From Octopus sinensis (lineage: Eukaryota), in the NCBI RefSeq assembly GCF_006345805.1, contig NC_043005.1:98270001-98334000 (forward strand): a DNA stretch of 64,000 nt, written 5' to 3'. The position numbers and the translations under genes are program-made. How positions within the stretch are numbered: the first letter of the stretch is position 1; each line of letters opens with the position of its first letter. Below the pieces are notes generated by a model. It had not been told where the DNA came from and made no database searches. It saw only the letters and a program-made list of their open reading frames with translations. Positions 12,788-24,368 of this stretch are shown in pieces.

Positions 12788-13148
12788 ACTCTTTTACTTT
12801 TTACTTGTTTCAGTCATGTAACTGTGGCCATGCTGGAGCACTGCCTTTAGTCGAGCAAATCGACCCCAGGACTTATTCATTGTAAGCCTAGTATTTATTT
12901 TAGCGGTCTCTTTTGCCGAACCGCTAAGTTACAGGGATGTAAACACACCAGCATTGGTTGTCAAGCGATATATATACATATATACGATAGGCTTCTTTCA
13001 GTTTCCATTTACCAAATCAACTCACAAGGTTTTGGTCGGCCTGTGGCTATAGTAGAAGACACTTGCTCAAGGTGCCACACAGTGGGACTGAACCTGGAAG
13101 CATGTGGTTGGTAAGCAAGCTACTTACCACACAGCCACCCCTATGCCT
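12788..13148 (-). mobile_element. SINE family A
   Basis: Homology to 21325-21741. Confidence 0.8.
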
Positions 13149-13619
13149 ATATATATATATAACTACGATTTTTCTCTCTCAACCGCCTTACTTTTACTTT
13201 TTCTGACACGCAAAAGGAAAATTTGAATGAATGAACCTTTTTAATTTTGGCACAAGGTCACCAATTTTGATGAGAGAGGGAATCAATTGCATTGATCCTA
13301 GTGCTCAACTGATGCTTATTTTATTAACTCCTAAAGGATGAAAGGCCAAGTTGACTTCAGTGGTATTTGAACTTGGAATATACAGAGAGCCAGAAGAAAT
13401 GCTGTTCACTACTCTTCCCTGATGCATTAACAATTCTGTTGGTTCACCTGTCTTTGTTTTGATAAATCATGGCTCTGAATTTTCACTGGATTCAGCTGTC
13501 TTTCTTTGTGTTCAACATTTGATACCCCCTCTCTCTCTCTCCATCCCTCTCTCTCCCTTCTTCTATCTCTCTCTCTCCCTCCCTCCCTCTTTCTCTCTCT
13601 CTCCCCTTCCCTCCCTCCT

Positions 13620-13654
<35 letters not shown>

Positions 13655-13789
13655 GGCTGGGTAATCATCTACCTCCTCTACAGCAAGACACTTGTTTCTG
13701 TTTCCCTGTCTCCCTATAACTTCCCATCATCTGACACAAGATCACCTCCTCCAACGCCCCCCCTCTTCTCTCAAAGGATCTTTGTCTTC

Positions 13790-14341
13790 TAAGTTACTTG
13801 GTGATACTGCCAGTGGGGATGCCACTTAAAAAGCATCCAGTCCACACTCTAAAGTGGATGGCATTTGGAAGGGCATCTAGCTGTAAAAACCTTGCTAAAA
13901 CTGACCTCGCCTGTGCTTGTGTGACATAAAAAGCTCTCAGTCCATTCTGCTGGGTGGTCGGTGTTAGGAAGGGCATCCAGTCACAAAAACCTTGCCAAGA
14001 CAGACACAGAAGTCTGGTGTAGTCTTCTACCTGGTTAGCTACTGTCAAACCGTCCAACCCATGATATATATATATATAATTGTAGTTGTGATACCTGTGC
14101 CGGTGGCATGTAAAAAGCACCAACTGATCGTGGCTGCTGCCTGCCTCCTCTGGCCCCTGTGCCGGTGGCATGTAAAAAGTACCCACTACACTCACGGAGT
14201 GGTTGGCATTAGGAAGGGCATCCAGCTGTAGAAACACTGCCAGATCAGACTGGAGCTCCTGGCTTCCCAGACCCCGGTTGAACCGTCCAACCTGTGCTTA
14301 CACAGAAAGCAGACGTTAAACGATGATGATGATGATGATGA
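13790..14341 (+). mobile_element. Two RTE-tail SINE copies (family C) ending in (GAT)n
   Basis: Shared GTTAGGAAGGGCATCCAGCTGTAGAAA motif and …GGACGTTAAACGATGATGAT tail. Confidence 0.75.
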
Positions 14342-15262
14342 TGTATGTATATATATCACCAGGTGTAGTGGCAATGGTAGTGCTGGTGAAGGTGTTGCTA
14401 ATGATGAAAGTTTATGAGTATTTCGATAATAATGATGCAAAGGTTTCAGGGAAGCAGTAAAGAGGTGAAGGATGAGTTAATGGGACAAACACAGGACAAT
14501 AGAAGATTTTATGTAATGGATTCTGAGGGAAATCAAACGACAAATTAATTGTTGATAGGGACAATTACTACTTCTAAGCAGCCATTGTGTATGTGTATGC
14601 ACTGGTGTGTGTATGTGCACATGTACATGGATGTATATTACACAAAGTGCATCTGTGTGTGTGTGTGTGAGTACTGAAGTGACAATGAGTAACATATTCC
14701 CCAGCAACGAAGCTTGTATCTGGAAATACATAGATTGTGCATGTGTGTGCATGACTATGTGTCTGTGTCTTTATTTATATGTATGTTTGTATCTACTTGT
14801 GTTAGTTATCTGTGCATTTGTATATGTGTGCATGAACATGTGTATGTGTATCTATGTGTGTTTGGGTGTATGGAAGCAGACTAGACTTTTTGCATAAGTA
14901 TTAACGATGGTGCTTAAGAGATTAGAAACATTGTAATAACATTAGAATATTGTCTTTATCTTTCATCTACAATTTGCAGACAAGGAAGATCTGTAGAGAG
15001 TTCATTCAGTACATTTCCAAACTATTTTATTGTGTAGGGTGAGTGGTCAATAGAAATTTAACTGTAAGTGACCAAGTGGGGAAATCTGTAGGTGAAATCA
15101 TCGAAAAGTACTTGTTTGATATAATCTAAGTGAATGGTCAGCAGAAAAATGTTGCATTTTTGTCATAATGTTATTATATATATATATGTACCCTCTTTAT
15201 AATGTTGGCAAATGAAATAGGGATAAGAATGTGCATTGTCCGTTTAATTGGAAAATTCTATA

Positions 15263-15350
15263 AGTGGCTGAAGATTGCTCGACATTTTAAAACTGATGTA
15301 ATACTTACAGTGTTCAATAAAATAAAGTAGCATGAAACAATTGTACTACT
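15263..15350 (+). ncRNA. Type-I hammerhead ribozyme motif (HHR2)
   Basis: AGTGG|CTGAAGA|TTGCT…AGCAT|GAAA|CAATT|GTA|CTACT; stem I covaries with the homolog HHR8. Confidence 0.75.
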
Positions 15351-16998
15351 CTACCTTGGATATACTTGTTGCTTATTTTGATTATATATATATATATATA
15401 TATATGTATATGTTTATTGCCTCGTAGATTATTAACCCCAAATCTTGCAAATGCAGAAAGTCAACGGCCTTTAATGATGATGATGATGATGATGATGATG
15501 ATGGTGGTGGCAATGATAAATGATGACGATTGCTTACAATGGTGAATGAAGTACATCATTCTGTCATCTAGCTGTAACCAGTTATGATGACACTAGTATG
15601 ATGACAGACTAGTGTTAGCAGTTGTTATCCATTCTGTCTGCTTTAACCATTAAGGGCTATTGACATTTTTGACATGTATATACATATGTATGTATAAGTG
15701 TGTGTGTGTGTGTGTGGTGTGTGTATGTGTGTGTGTGTGTGTTTTTATGTAAGCATGTTCATTTGTTCTCTTCTATTTTTTTAATTATTTGAAATCTTCC
15801 TGTAAGCAATGAGATGGTTTCTAACAATGACATAAGCTCCATAAATGGAATGCTGATAACAAAATAAATTCACATTTTGAACTTGAGATTGTTTGTAGAT
15901 TTCTTGCTAACAAAGAAAGAATCAGTTTCTAATTTAGTTCCAAGGCTCCTTCACTGGAATTTCTATAACACAAACAATGTAGTTGTGCATATATATGTGT
16001 GTATAAGTGCAAGTATTTGTGCTCATAACATACTTGATTTATTAGTGTAAGGTGACTCGGGTACACCCAGGATTTCAACATCTTTGTGTTTCCTCAGACA
16101 AAAGCACTCTGTTCAAATCTATTGGCACATGTTAAGAATAAATATGCAAATCATCATTTTGATTCTTGCTGTTCAGCATGCATGATGATTTATTATTTGT
16201 TTGCATGTGTGTGTGTGTGTGTGTGTGTGTGCTTTATTTCCCTTGGAAAGTTCCTCTAATGTACTGCTTTCTTCTCACCCACTAAATGTTTAAAAAACTA
16301 GAACTTATTATCAGTCTTATTGTATCATTTGATTTGTTAAATAATTGAATATTAATACCTTGTAAAATACACAATAATATTTAATTATCATAAAAAAATT
16401 CTCTGCTTTGTTTTAGGAAATCTTATTAAGGAATTTTGACTGTTAACTGATTGCTGTTATAAAACAGGATTCCAAGGTAAGTAAACCACTACCTAATGTA
16501 AGGAATATTTTTACATTATATTAGAGGGCCTGCTCCTGTTCCTGATATTTGTTTTGGTGTTATTGAAAATGTATTTGTCAGTGAAAAAACATAATTTCAT
16601 TAGAATGATTATAGATTTGAAAGATGATTAAACAACTACCCTGCATTAAACATTGTGGCTTACTCTGTATTTTTTTCTTCTGTTACTACATCCCCAATAT
16701 AATCTTAAGAAATGGAGTGAGAGCCGAAGAAGGTGATGTGAGCAAGACACCTACACATCTACATGAGAAATAGGATATACAAGAGGCTGCTAAAAAGTTC
16801 TTGGCTTTGCATAAAAGAAAATACAAGCGGATCAGTTAATTAAGATTTTGTTCAACACATTTCCCTCTCAGATTCACACACTTATTGCAATGGTGCTTTA
16901 GTTTTTCTAAGCCCTGTAAAATAACTCAGAAGGTAGGACCTTGAATCAGGCCTTTGTTTGAAACCAGGAACTTTTCAGCAACCCCCCGTATATATACC

Positions 16999-17373
16999 TA
17001 TTTCTTTATTACCCACAAGGGGCTAAACACAGAGGGGACAAACAAGGACAGGCATAGGTATTAAGTCGATTACATCGACCCCAGTGCGTAACTGGTACTT
17101 AATTTATCGACCCCGAAAGGATGAAAGGCAAAGTCGACCTCGGCGGAATTTGAACTCACCATCATCATCGTCGTTGTTTAACGTCCTTTTTCCATGCTAG
17201 CATGGGTTGGACAGTTCGACCGGGGTCTGGGAAGCCAGGAGGCTGCACCAGGCTCCAGTCTGATCTGGCAGTATTTCTACAGCTGGATGCCTTTCCTAAT
17301 GCCAACCACTCCGTGAGTGTAATGAGTGCTTTTTACGTGCCACCGGCACGGACGCCAGTCAAGGCGGCACTGG

Positions 17374-17375
<2 letters not shown>
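16999..17375 (-). mobile_element. Family B SINE fragment abutting a family C SINE
   Basis: B body at 16999-17158; (CAT)n tail and C body at 17159-17375. Confidence 0.8.
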
Positions 17376-17409
<34 letters not shown>

Positions 17410-18006
17410 ATATATATATATATGTCTGTATATATATATATATATAAATACACATATATATATATCTACACATACATACATAAATACATACATGCATATA
17501 TATGAATGTGTATTCACACACACACACACACACTATAATTTATGTTTTAAAAAAATATTAAGATAAATATGTTCATCTTATCTTTTACTGTTCCAGCCAG
17601 AGGCTGAGGCCATGCTGGAGCACCACCCTTCAGTGTGATTGGGCTTCTTTTCTGTACTGCTTCTTGTGAAGTAGCAATTTGGACAGAGCTGCTTTTCTTT
17701 GTGTCTCTCACTGTGACGTGGGTTCATCCAGTATATCAAGTGCAAATATTTTCAAATGTTTTATGAAAAACTCCTCTCTCTCCTCCCACACTCTTGTAAC
17801 TTATCCAATAACACAATCTCTCTCACATTCTTCTCCTGTCTACTGTATAATCATTACTATTCTGCTGATCTTCACTACTCCTTTTTCTGCCATGTCACAT
17901 ATATAGATGTTTACATATCATCATCATCGTTTATGATGATGATATATACATTTATATATAATATATATATAAAGTTAATCCAAACAAGAAAGCACAAAAA
18001 AATATT

Positions 18007-18039
<33 letters not shown>

Positions 18040-18061
18040 ATATATACATATATATATATAT

Positions 18062-18201
18062 AACGGGAAGCTTTATGAAAATAAACAAAAGACGAAGGCA
18101 GGTGGAAAACAAACGAACATTGTATTAGTATGGCGCTCAGGAAATATAAATAAAACAAGTCTTTAACGTTTCGAGCCTACGCTCTTCAACAGAAGATACA
18201 C

Positions 18202-18203
<2 letters not shown>
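18062..18203 (-). mobile_element. Family D element (PLE-terminus-like) carrying a variant HHR-like motif
   Basis: Begins at (TA)n|AACGGGAAG; contains CGTTTCGAGCCTACGCTCTTCAACAG. Confidence 0.65.
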
Positions 18204-18264
<61 letters not shown>

Positions 18265-18281
18265 ATATAATATAAATAGAA

Positions 18282-18321
<40 letters not shown>

Positions 18322-18867
18322 GATAGATAGATAGATATCCATATGTACACACATACAAACACGCACACCAACACAGACATACGCACACATTCACATATAA
18401 GCTCAGGAGAGCGAGATAGTGTAACATAATTAATTAATGAATTATATCAACAATAATTTTTAAAAAGCTGAAAACGAAGGCTCTGCTTGTAACAACACAT
18501 TTCTCTAAACTCTTTGATCATTAATAATGTTTTTAAAAACAAACAAGAAAAAATTATAATACATAAACAATGTGCTTCTTATTACTTTAGCATGGACACT
18601 GAACAAAGCATTACTGTAAATTACTTAACGGTATGCAATTCAAAATAGTCCATAATTTTCTACACTTGTTCGCATTTATATATCTCTGTATGTGATTTTT
18701 GTTTTGTATTGTTTTTAATGTATTTGTGTTGGAGACTTATTCTGTGTTCGTACACGTGAGTGTGAATGCATGAATGCAATTTTGGTACTCATTTGATGTT
18801 TGTATGTGTTTCGCCTTTTGCTCATACTTTAGTGTATAGCTACATTGTCACAGCATGCAGACATCTA

Positions 18868-18886
18868 ATAAATTATTATTATTATT

Positions 18887-18918
<32 letters not shown>

Positions 18919-18924
18919 TATTAC

Positions 18925-18966
<42 letters not shown>

Positions 18967-19016
18967 TACTATTATTATTATTATTATTATTATTACTATT
19001 ACTATTATTATTACTA

Positions 19017-19047
<31 letters not shown>

Positions 19048-19083
19048 TACTATTATTATTATTATTATTATTATTACTATTAC

Positions 19084-19117
<34 letters not shown>

Positions 19118-19166
19118 ATTATTACTATTACTATTATATTATTATTATTATAATTATTACTATTAC

Positions 19167-19198
<32 letters not shown>

Positions 19199-19211
19199 TA
19201 TTATTATTATG

Positions 19212-19250
<39 letters not shown>
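18868..19250. repeat. (TTA)n microsatellite with a (CAT)n segment
   Basis: Direct inspection. Confidence 0.95.
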
Positions 19251-19251
<1 letters not shown>

Positions 19252-20097
19252 AGATACAAATTTTGATTACAAAGAGACTTAAGTCCAACAAACTCACTGT
19301 TTCATCAGTTGAATGTAGTGTTTATTAAAATCTTAGCAGCAAATTCCTGTGTTTATATGTTTGTTATGCAGACAATGGTGATTGCTGAGATTTATTTAAA
19401 ATACTGTACTTACTGCTTCACTGTAATTACTTTGTCAATCCTGATTGCTTAAGCTCGTTGGTGCTTGTAATGTCTTGAATCTTGTAAGCATTTAAGTATA
19501 AGAAATAAAGAAGAAATTATAAATTCATGCTAAAGGATATTTGGCCGCACAAACATGCCAGTACATATAGATGAAGATGTCATTGAGTGGCTAAGAAGCT
19601 TGCTTTCCAGCTCTGTTGTCTTGGGTTCAATCCCACTTAGTAGCACCTTCAGCAAGTGTCTTCTGATATAGCCATGGGCTGACAACAGCCTTGTGAGCAA
19701 AACCTGTGAGCAAGACCTGTTGTATATGTGTTTACAATGGACTCTCCTGTTGTTAGACGATGTATGAGGGTTTGAGAAGTTCTTACTGAACAATCACACA
19801 GAGGATTTGTTTATAGTGATCAAATGTTTGTGTAGGCATAAGCTCACTCCCTCCATGGGATCGACATTGCCTACATAGGTGCAATGGGTGCCACATGTAA
19901 GATGACCAAAAGATGGCAGAGCAATGTGAAATGAAGTGCTTTGCTCATGAACACAGTGCAACACCCAATCTGGGAATCGAACCCACAATCTTGCAATTGT
20001 GAGTGCAACACTTTAACCACTAAGTCATGCACCTTAACAAGGCACTTTCACATATGTGTGTGTGTGTGCATATACATGCATATATATATATATATAT

Positions 20098-20507
20098 ATA
20101 TTACATTTTATAAAGGGCTTAGTAAAATAAATTACTTTGCCACATACTGAACTCATTAGAAATAGCAGCCAAAAAAAATTTTTTTAGCCATTTCTAATAC
20201 TTAAAGAAAATTTCTCTCAGATAGTGTTTACTCAAAATCCGAATTAAGGAATTTTGAGCTGACGAAAGAAATGTCGAATTGTATTGGCTGATCTAGAAAC
20301 GTACGTTCTCAAATAATCTTTGCACTTGTGATTTTTTAATGTTTTTACCCCCATACCTTCGTGGGCTATTTTGAGTAAACACTATCTGAGAGAAATTTTC
20401 TTTAAGTATTAGAAATGGCTAAAAAATTTGTTTTGGCTGCTATTTCTAATGAGTTCAGTATGTGGGCAAAGTAATTTATTTACTAAGCCCTTTATAAAAT
20501 GTAATAT
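20098..20507. repeat. Long inverted repeat (arms 20098-20238 and 20368-20507) with an HHR in the spacer
   Basis: Arms are near-perfect reverse complements of about 140 bp. Confidence 0.9.
20253..20313 (+). ncRNA. Type-I hammerhead ribozyme motif (HHR3)
   Basis: TTTGAG|CTGACGA|AAGA…TCTA|GAAA|CGTAC|GTT|CTCAAA; palindromic stem III ACGUACGU. Confidence 0.7.
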
Positions 20508-20593
20508 TTTGAATTCGCCTTAAATGGTCCCTTTACATACTGAATACTTGGTGAAATTGATTAATAATTAATTAATTTTACCCTCAATTGTTG

Positions 20594-20624
<31 letters not shown>

Positions 20625-20625
<1 letters not shown>

Positions 20626-21230
20626 ACGGGAAGCTTTATGAAAATAAACAAAAGACGAAGGCAGGTGGAAAACAAACGAACAATTGTATAGTATGGCGCT
20701 CAGAAATATAAATAAAACAAGTCTTTAACGTTTCGAGCCTACGCTCTTCAACAGAAAGATACACAGGAGAGGAAAAAACGAATCAACATGGCGATCTGAT
20801 TTCGGCCAGAGGTCAAAGATCAAACATGAGACGCGAGAGCGAAATAAGGGGAGATAATAGGGTGATAAAAGGGTTGAGGGACCAGCTAAAAGTGCGTGGG
20901 AGGGGTCTGGATGTGTGTATGTATAGGGTTGGTGTATGTATTAGTATGTATAAGGGTGGGTGTGTGTGTGTGTGTGTGGTGTGTGTGTGTATGAGAGAGT
21001 ATTAGTGCGTAAGATTGGTCTGGACATGCGTATGTATGGGGTTGGTGTATGTATTAGTATGTATTAGTATGTATTAGTACGTATATTGGTATGTATAGGT
21101 ATGTGTGTGTGTGTGAGAGAGTATAAGTGCGTATGCGGGGTCTGGACGTGTGTATGTATAGGGTTGGTGTAAGTATTAGTATGTACTAGTATGTATTAGT
21201 ACGTATTGTATGTATTAGTTGGTGTGTGTA
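20625..21230 (-). mobile_element. Family D element, long copy, with variant HHR-like motif at 20722-20759
   Basis: Minus strand TCTTT|CTGTTGAA|GAGC-GTAG-GCTC|GAAA|C|GTT|AAAGA; three internal related units of about 115 bp (20890-21200). Confidence 0.65.
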
Positions 21231-21324
21231 TTAGTATGGCACATCATATGTGATGTGATGTGTAAAGTCATGTGGTGTAGTGAGGAGAAGAGGGGGAGGG
21301 GGAGAAGAGGGGGAGAGAAGGGGA

Positions 21325-21741
21325 ACTCTTTTACTCTTTTACATGTTTCAGTCATTTGACTGCGGCCATGCTGGAGCACTGCCTTTAGTCGAGCAAATCG
21401 ACCCCGGGACTTATTCTTTGTAAGCCCAGTACTTATTCTATCGGTCTCTTTTGCCGAACCGCTAAGTGACGGGGACGTAAACACACCAGCATCGGTTGTC
21501 AAGCAATGCTAGGGGTACAAACACACACACACAAACACATACATATACATACATATACATATATATATACATATATACGACAGTCTTCTTTCAGTTTCCG
21601 TCTACCAAATCCACTCACAAGGCATTGGTCGGCCCGGGGCTATAGCAGAAGACACTTGCCTAAGATGCCACGCAGTGTGACTGAACCCGGAACCATGTGG
21701 CTGGTTAGCAAGCTACTTACCACACAGCCACTCCTGCGCCT
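21325..21741 (-). mobile_element. SINE family A, full-length and young-looking
   Basis: tRNA-like head, internal (CA/TA) microsatellite, (AAAAGAGT)n tail, CpGs retained. Confidence 0.9.
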
Positions 21742-21761
21742 ATATATATATATATATATAT

Positions 21762-22200
21762 AACGGGAAGGTTTACGAAAATAAAAAACAGGTGAAGGCA
21801 GGTGGAGTACAAACAAATGATGTATTAGTATGGCACTCAGGAATAGAAATAAAACAAGTCTTTTACGTTTCGAGCCTACGCTCTTCGACAGAAAGATACA
21901 CAGAAAAGAAACAAGGAGAGAAAAAAATGCGTGAAGGAGCTAACGGTCCAACATGGCGTTCTGATTTCAGGCAGAAGTCAGTGATCAAAGGTCAGATGTC
22001 AGAGGTCAGACGTTAGACGCTAGAGGGATAGTAGGGGTGATAACAGGGTCAAGTGTCGTCATCCCAACATGAAGGTGCGTGCGTGTATAAGAGAGTATGT
22101 ATGTGCATGTGAAAGAGGGCTGGTAGTCTGGACATGTGTGTGTATGTATGATGTGATGTGTAATGTCGTATGGTGCAGTGTAGTGTGGTGGGATGTTGTG
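21762..22200 (-). mobile_element. Family D element, long copy, with variant HHR-like motif at 21859-21896
   Basis: Minus strand TCTTT|CTGTCGAA|GAGC-GTAG-GCTC|GAAA|C|GTA|AAAGA. Confidence 0.65.
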
Positions 22201-22456
22201 GAGAGGTGGGGGCGAGAGTGGGGAAAGCCCATGTGGAGTGTGGGTCGGCTGGGGGTTGGGGTAGAGGGGGTTGTGGGGAGAGTGAAAGGGGAGAGAAGAG
22301 AGAGGAGGGGAGGAGGGAAGAGAGGGGGATGGAGGAGGGATGGGAGGAGGGGAGGGGGAGAAGGGAGAGGAGAGGAGAGGAAGGAGATGAGAGAAGAGAG
22401 GGGAGGGGAAAGTAGGGAGAGGAGAGGAGGAGGAAGGGAGAGGAGGAGAGGATATA

Positions 22457-22487
<31 letters not shown>

Positions 22488-22699
22488 TATTATGTGAAAT
22501 AGAAAGATGAATTAATCGTAGTAGATTAATCAAAAGTTTAACCGATACCTTAGTAGCAAAAATCACAGCATGAACAGCACGGTTGGAGGTACAACCATCT
22601 GGCGTTGCAACCGTGCGGTTGGTGCGGATAATTGAAATTAAAACATTATTGGTGAATGAAGAAATGGAGCTGAACGCAGATTGAACAGAAATCGTTTTA

Positions 22700-22785
22700 T
22701 TTCATTCTACACGTGTTTCGAAAGGCACAAATTACCAAAATCCGATTGAATAAGGGACCATATGGTCTTTCTCTTCAGGAAGAAA
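22700..22785 (-). ncRNA. Type-I hammerhead ribozyme motif (HHR4, left arm of palindrome)
   Basis: Minus strand TTTCTTC|CTGAAGA|GAAAG…CTTTC|GAAA|CACGT|GTA|GAATGAAA. Confidence 0.75.
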
Positions 22786-22995
22786 AAAGGAAATCCGTTG
22801 GAAAAACAAAAAACAGAACAGAGGCAGAGCAAAAAACAAATCGAACTGTGCTCCTAAGAGCCATGGCGAAACTGTTTATCAGTGTATGTTGAAACCATAC
22901 ACTGATAAACAGTTTCGCCATGGGCTCTTAGGAGCACAGTTCGATTTGTTTTTGCTCTGCCTCTGTTCTGTTTGTTTTTCCAACGGATTTCCTTT

Positions 22996-23081
22996 TTTCT
23001 TCCTGAAGAGAAAGACCAATATGGTCCCATTATTCAATCGGATTTGGTAATTGTGCCTTTCGAAACACGTGTAGAATGAAA
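22996..23081 (+). ncRNA. Type-I hammerhead ribozyme motif (HHR5, right arm of palindrome)
   Basis: TTTCTTC|CTGAAGA|GAAAG…CTTTC|GAAA|CACGT|GTA|GAATGAAA; canonical G10.1-C11.1 pair; palindromic ACACGUGU. Confidence 0.8.
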
Positions 23082-23131
23082 AAACGATTTCTGTTCAATC
23101 TGCGTTCAGCTCCATTTCTTCAATTCACCAT

Positions 23132-23168
<37 letters not shown>

Positions 23169-23170
<2 letters not shown>

Positions 23171-23400
23171 AAGCTCAGGAGTGGCTGTGTGCGAAGTACC
23201 TTGCTTACTAGCTACATGGTTCCGGGTTCATTCCGCTGTGTGGCACCTTAGTGTTTTACGTCCCTGTCACTTAGCAGTTCAGCAAGACAGACCAATAGAA
23301 TAAGTACTAGGCTTATAAAGAATAGTCCTAGGGTCGATTTGTTTGACTAAAGGTGGTGCTGCAGTCAAATGACTGAAACAAATAAAAGAATAAAAGAATA
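23169..23400 (+). mobile_element. SINE family A, internally deleted
   Basis: Head and tail present, middle missing. Confidence 0.7.
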
Positions 23401-23501
23401 TTATATATATATGTGTATATAATTATATATATATATATATATAATATATATAATATATATATATATATATATACTTTATTTTAAGCAGCTGAAAATTCAA
23501 C

Positions 23502-23548
23502 AAAATCTGTTACTCTGAGTTTCTCGTTGCCGTTCATCAGACAGTTTT
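23502..23548 (-). ncRNA. Minimal type-I hammerhead ribozyme motif (HHR6)
   Basis: Minus strand AAAACTGT|CTGATGA|ACG-GCAA-CGA|GAAA|CTCAGA|GTA|ACAGATTTT. Confidence 0.7.
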
Positions 23549-23954
23549 TGGCTAGAATGGAACCGATATATCAATTCAATCTAGACTCTTACAAACACTA
23601 CAACAACTACTACTAAAAAGAAATGGACTTATTTGATTGGCCCTTTAAGAAAAAAACGGTCAATCTTCGAGCGATAAACAAAAAGGTCAAAAAATATGTA
23701 TATATATATATTATATATGATTATATATATATATAATATATATATTTATATATGTAAGTGAGTTTGGAGGTTCATATTATCCAGGTGGATACCGTATTGG
23801 CTCTCAGTTAAATTCCAGTTAATGTCTAGCCGCAATGATCACCATCTAGTGTCTGTGTCTACATTTAGTTGTTAGTCACTCTGTGAATTCTTCCAATGAG
23901 TAATTCCATGTACTCTTTACTGGATGGTAAAAATTGCCTAGAGTATATATCAAC

Positions 23955-24244
23955 AAAGACTATGGAGATTTGTACGTCCACAAAATTTATTTTATATACA
24001 GGATATTGTAATGACCTACATGTGTTTCTGTTGCAGCAACTACTCACTATTGCAGATGCAACCTTGCAATATTGTTGGTGCAACTTCATCAGGATCCGTC
24101 CATTTGGTCATACTCAAAGTGTATTGCAAAGCTGCATTTGCAACAAGGAGTAGTCGCTGCAGTGGAAATGCATGTAGGTCATTATAAACTGCTTCATATA
24201 ACTATAAAATAAATTTGGTGGATGTACAAGTCTCCATACTCTTT
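23955..24244. repeat. Diverged inverted repeat (arms about 23955-24071 and 24122-24244)
   Basis: AAAGACTATGGAGA…TTGCAATA versus TATTGCAA…TCTCCATACTCTTT. Confidence 0.8.
24013..24096 (-). ncRNA. Type-I hammerhead ribozyme motif (HHR7)
   Basis: Minus strand GATC|CTGATGA|AGTTGCA…TGCAACA|GAAA|CACAT|GTA|GGTC. Confidence 0.65.
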
Positions 24245-24368
24245 ATTCTTATTAATATATATAGCATCATCATCATCATTGTTTAACGTCCGCATTCTAT
24301 GCTGGTATGGGTTGAACAATTTGACTGAGGACTGGCAAACCAGGAGGCTGCACCAGGCTCCAATCTGA

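Larger units (their letters stand above)
22639..23140. repeat. About 500-bp palindrome (arms about 250 bp, 7-nt loop at 22889-22895)
   Basis: …AGTGTATG-TTGAAAC-CATACACT… at the centre; arms are near-perfect reverse complements. Confidence 0.95.

Noticed and set aside
16052-16099. Minus-strand CUGAGGA / AAC…GUU / GAAA … GUC
   Set aside because: Stem I is only 2 bp and stem III has a mismatch next to the core; plausible by chance.
17630-17770. Minus-strand peptide LDILDEPTSQ resembling an ABC Walker B motif
   Set aside because: An in-frame stop follows, there is no acceptor site, and no other ABC motifs are present.
19275-19315. Minus-strand CUGAUGA … ACUUAAGUC
   Set aside because: GAAA is missing (GGA) and stem I does not pair.
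19941-20040. tRNA gene-like sequences at SINE heads (also 8344, 31130, 37120, 40800)
   Set aside because: They are embedded in SINE bodies with broken cloverleaf pairing, so they are not called as tRNA genes.
22577-22616. GC-rich 9-bp hairpin GCACGGTTG/CAACCGTGC next to the large palindrome
   Set aside because: No motif or second copy was found in the window to assign a role.
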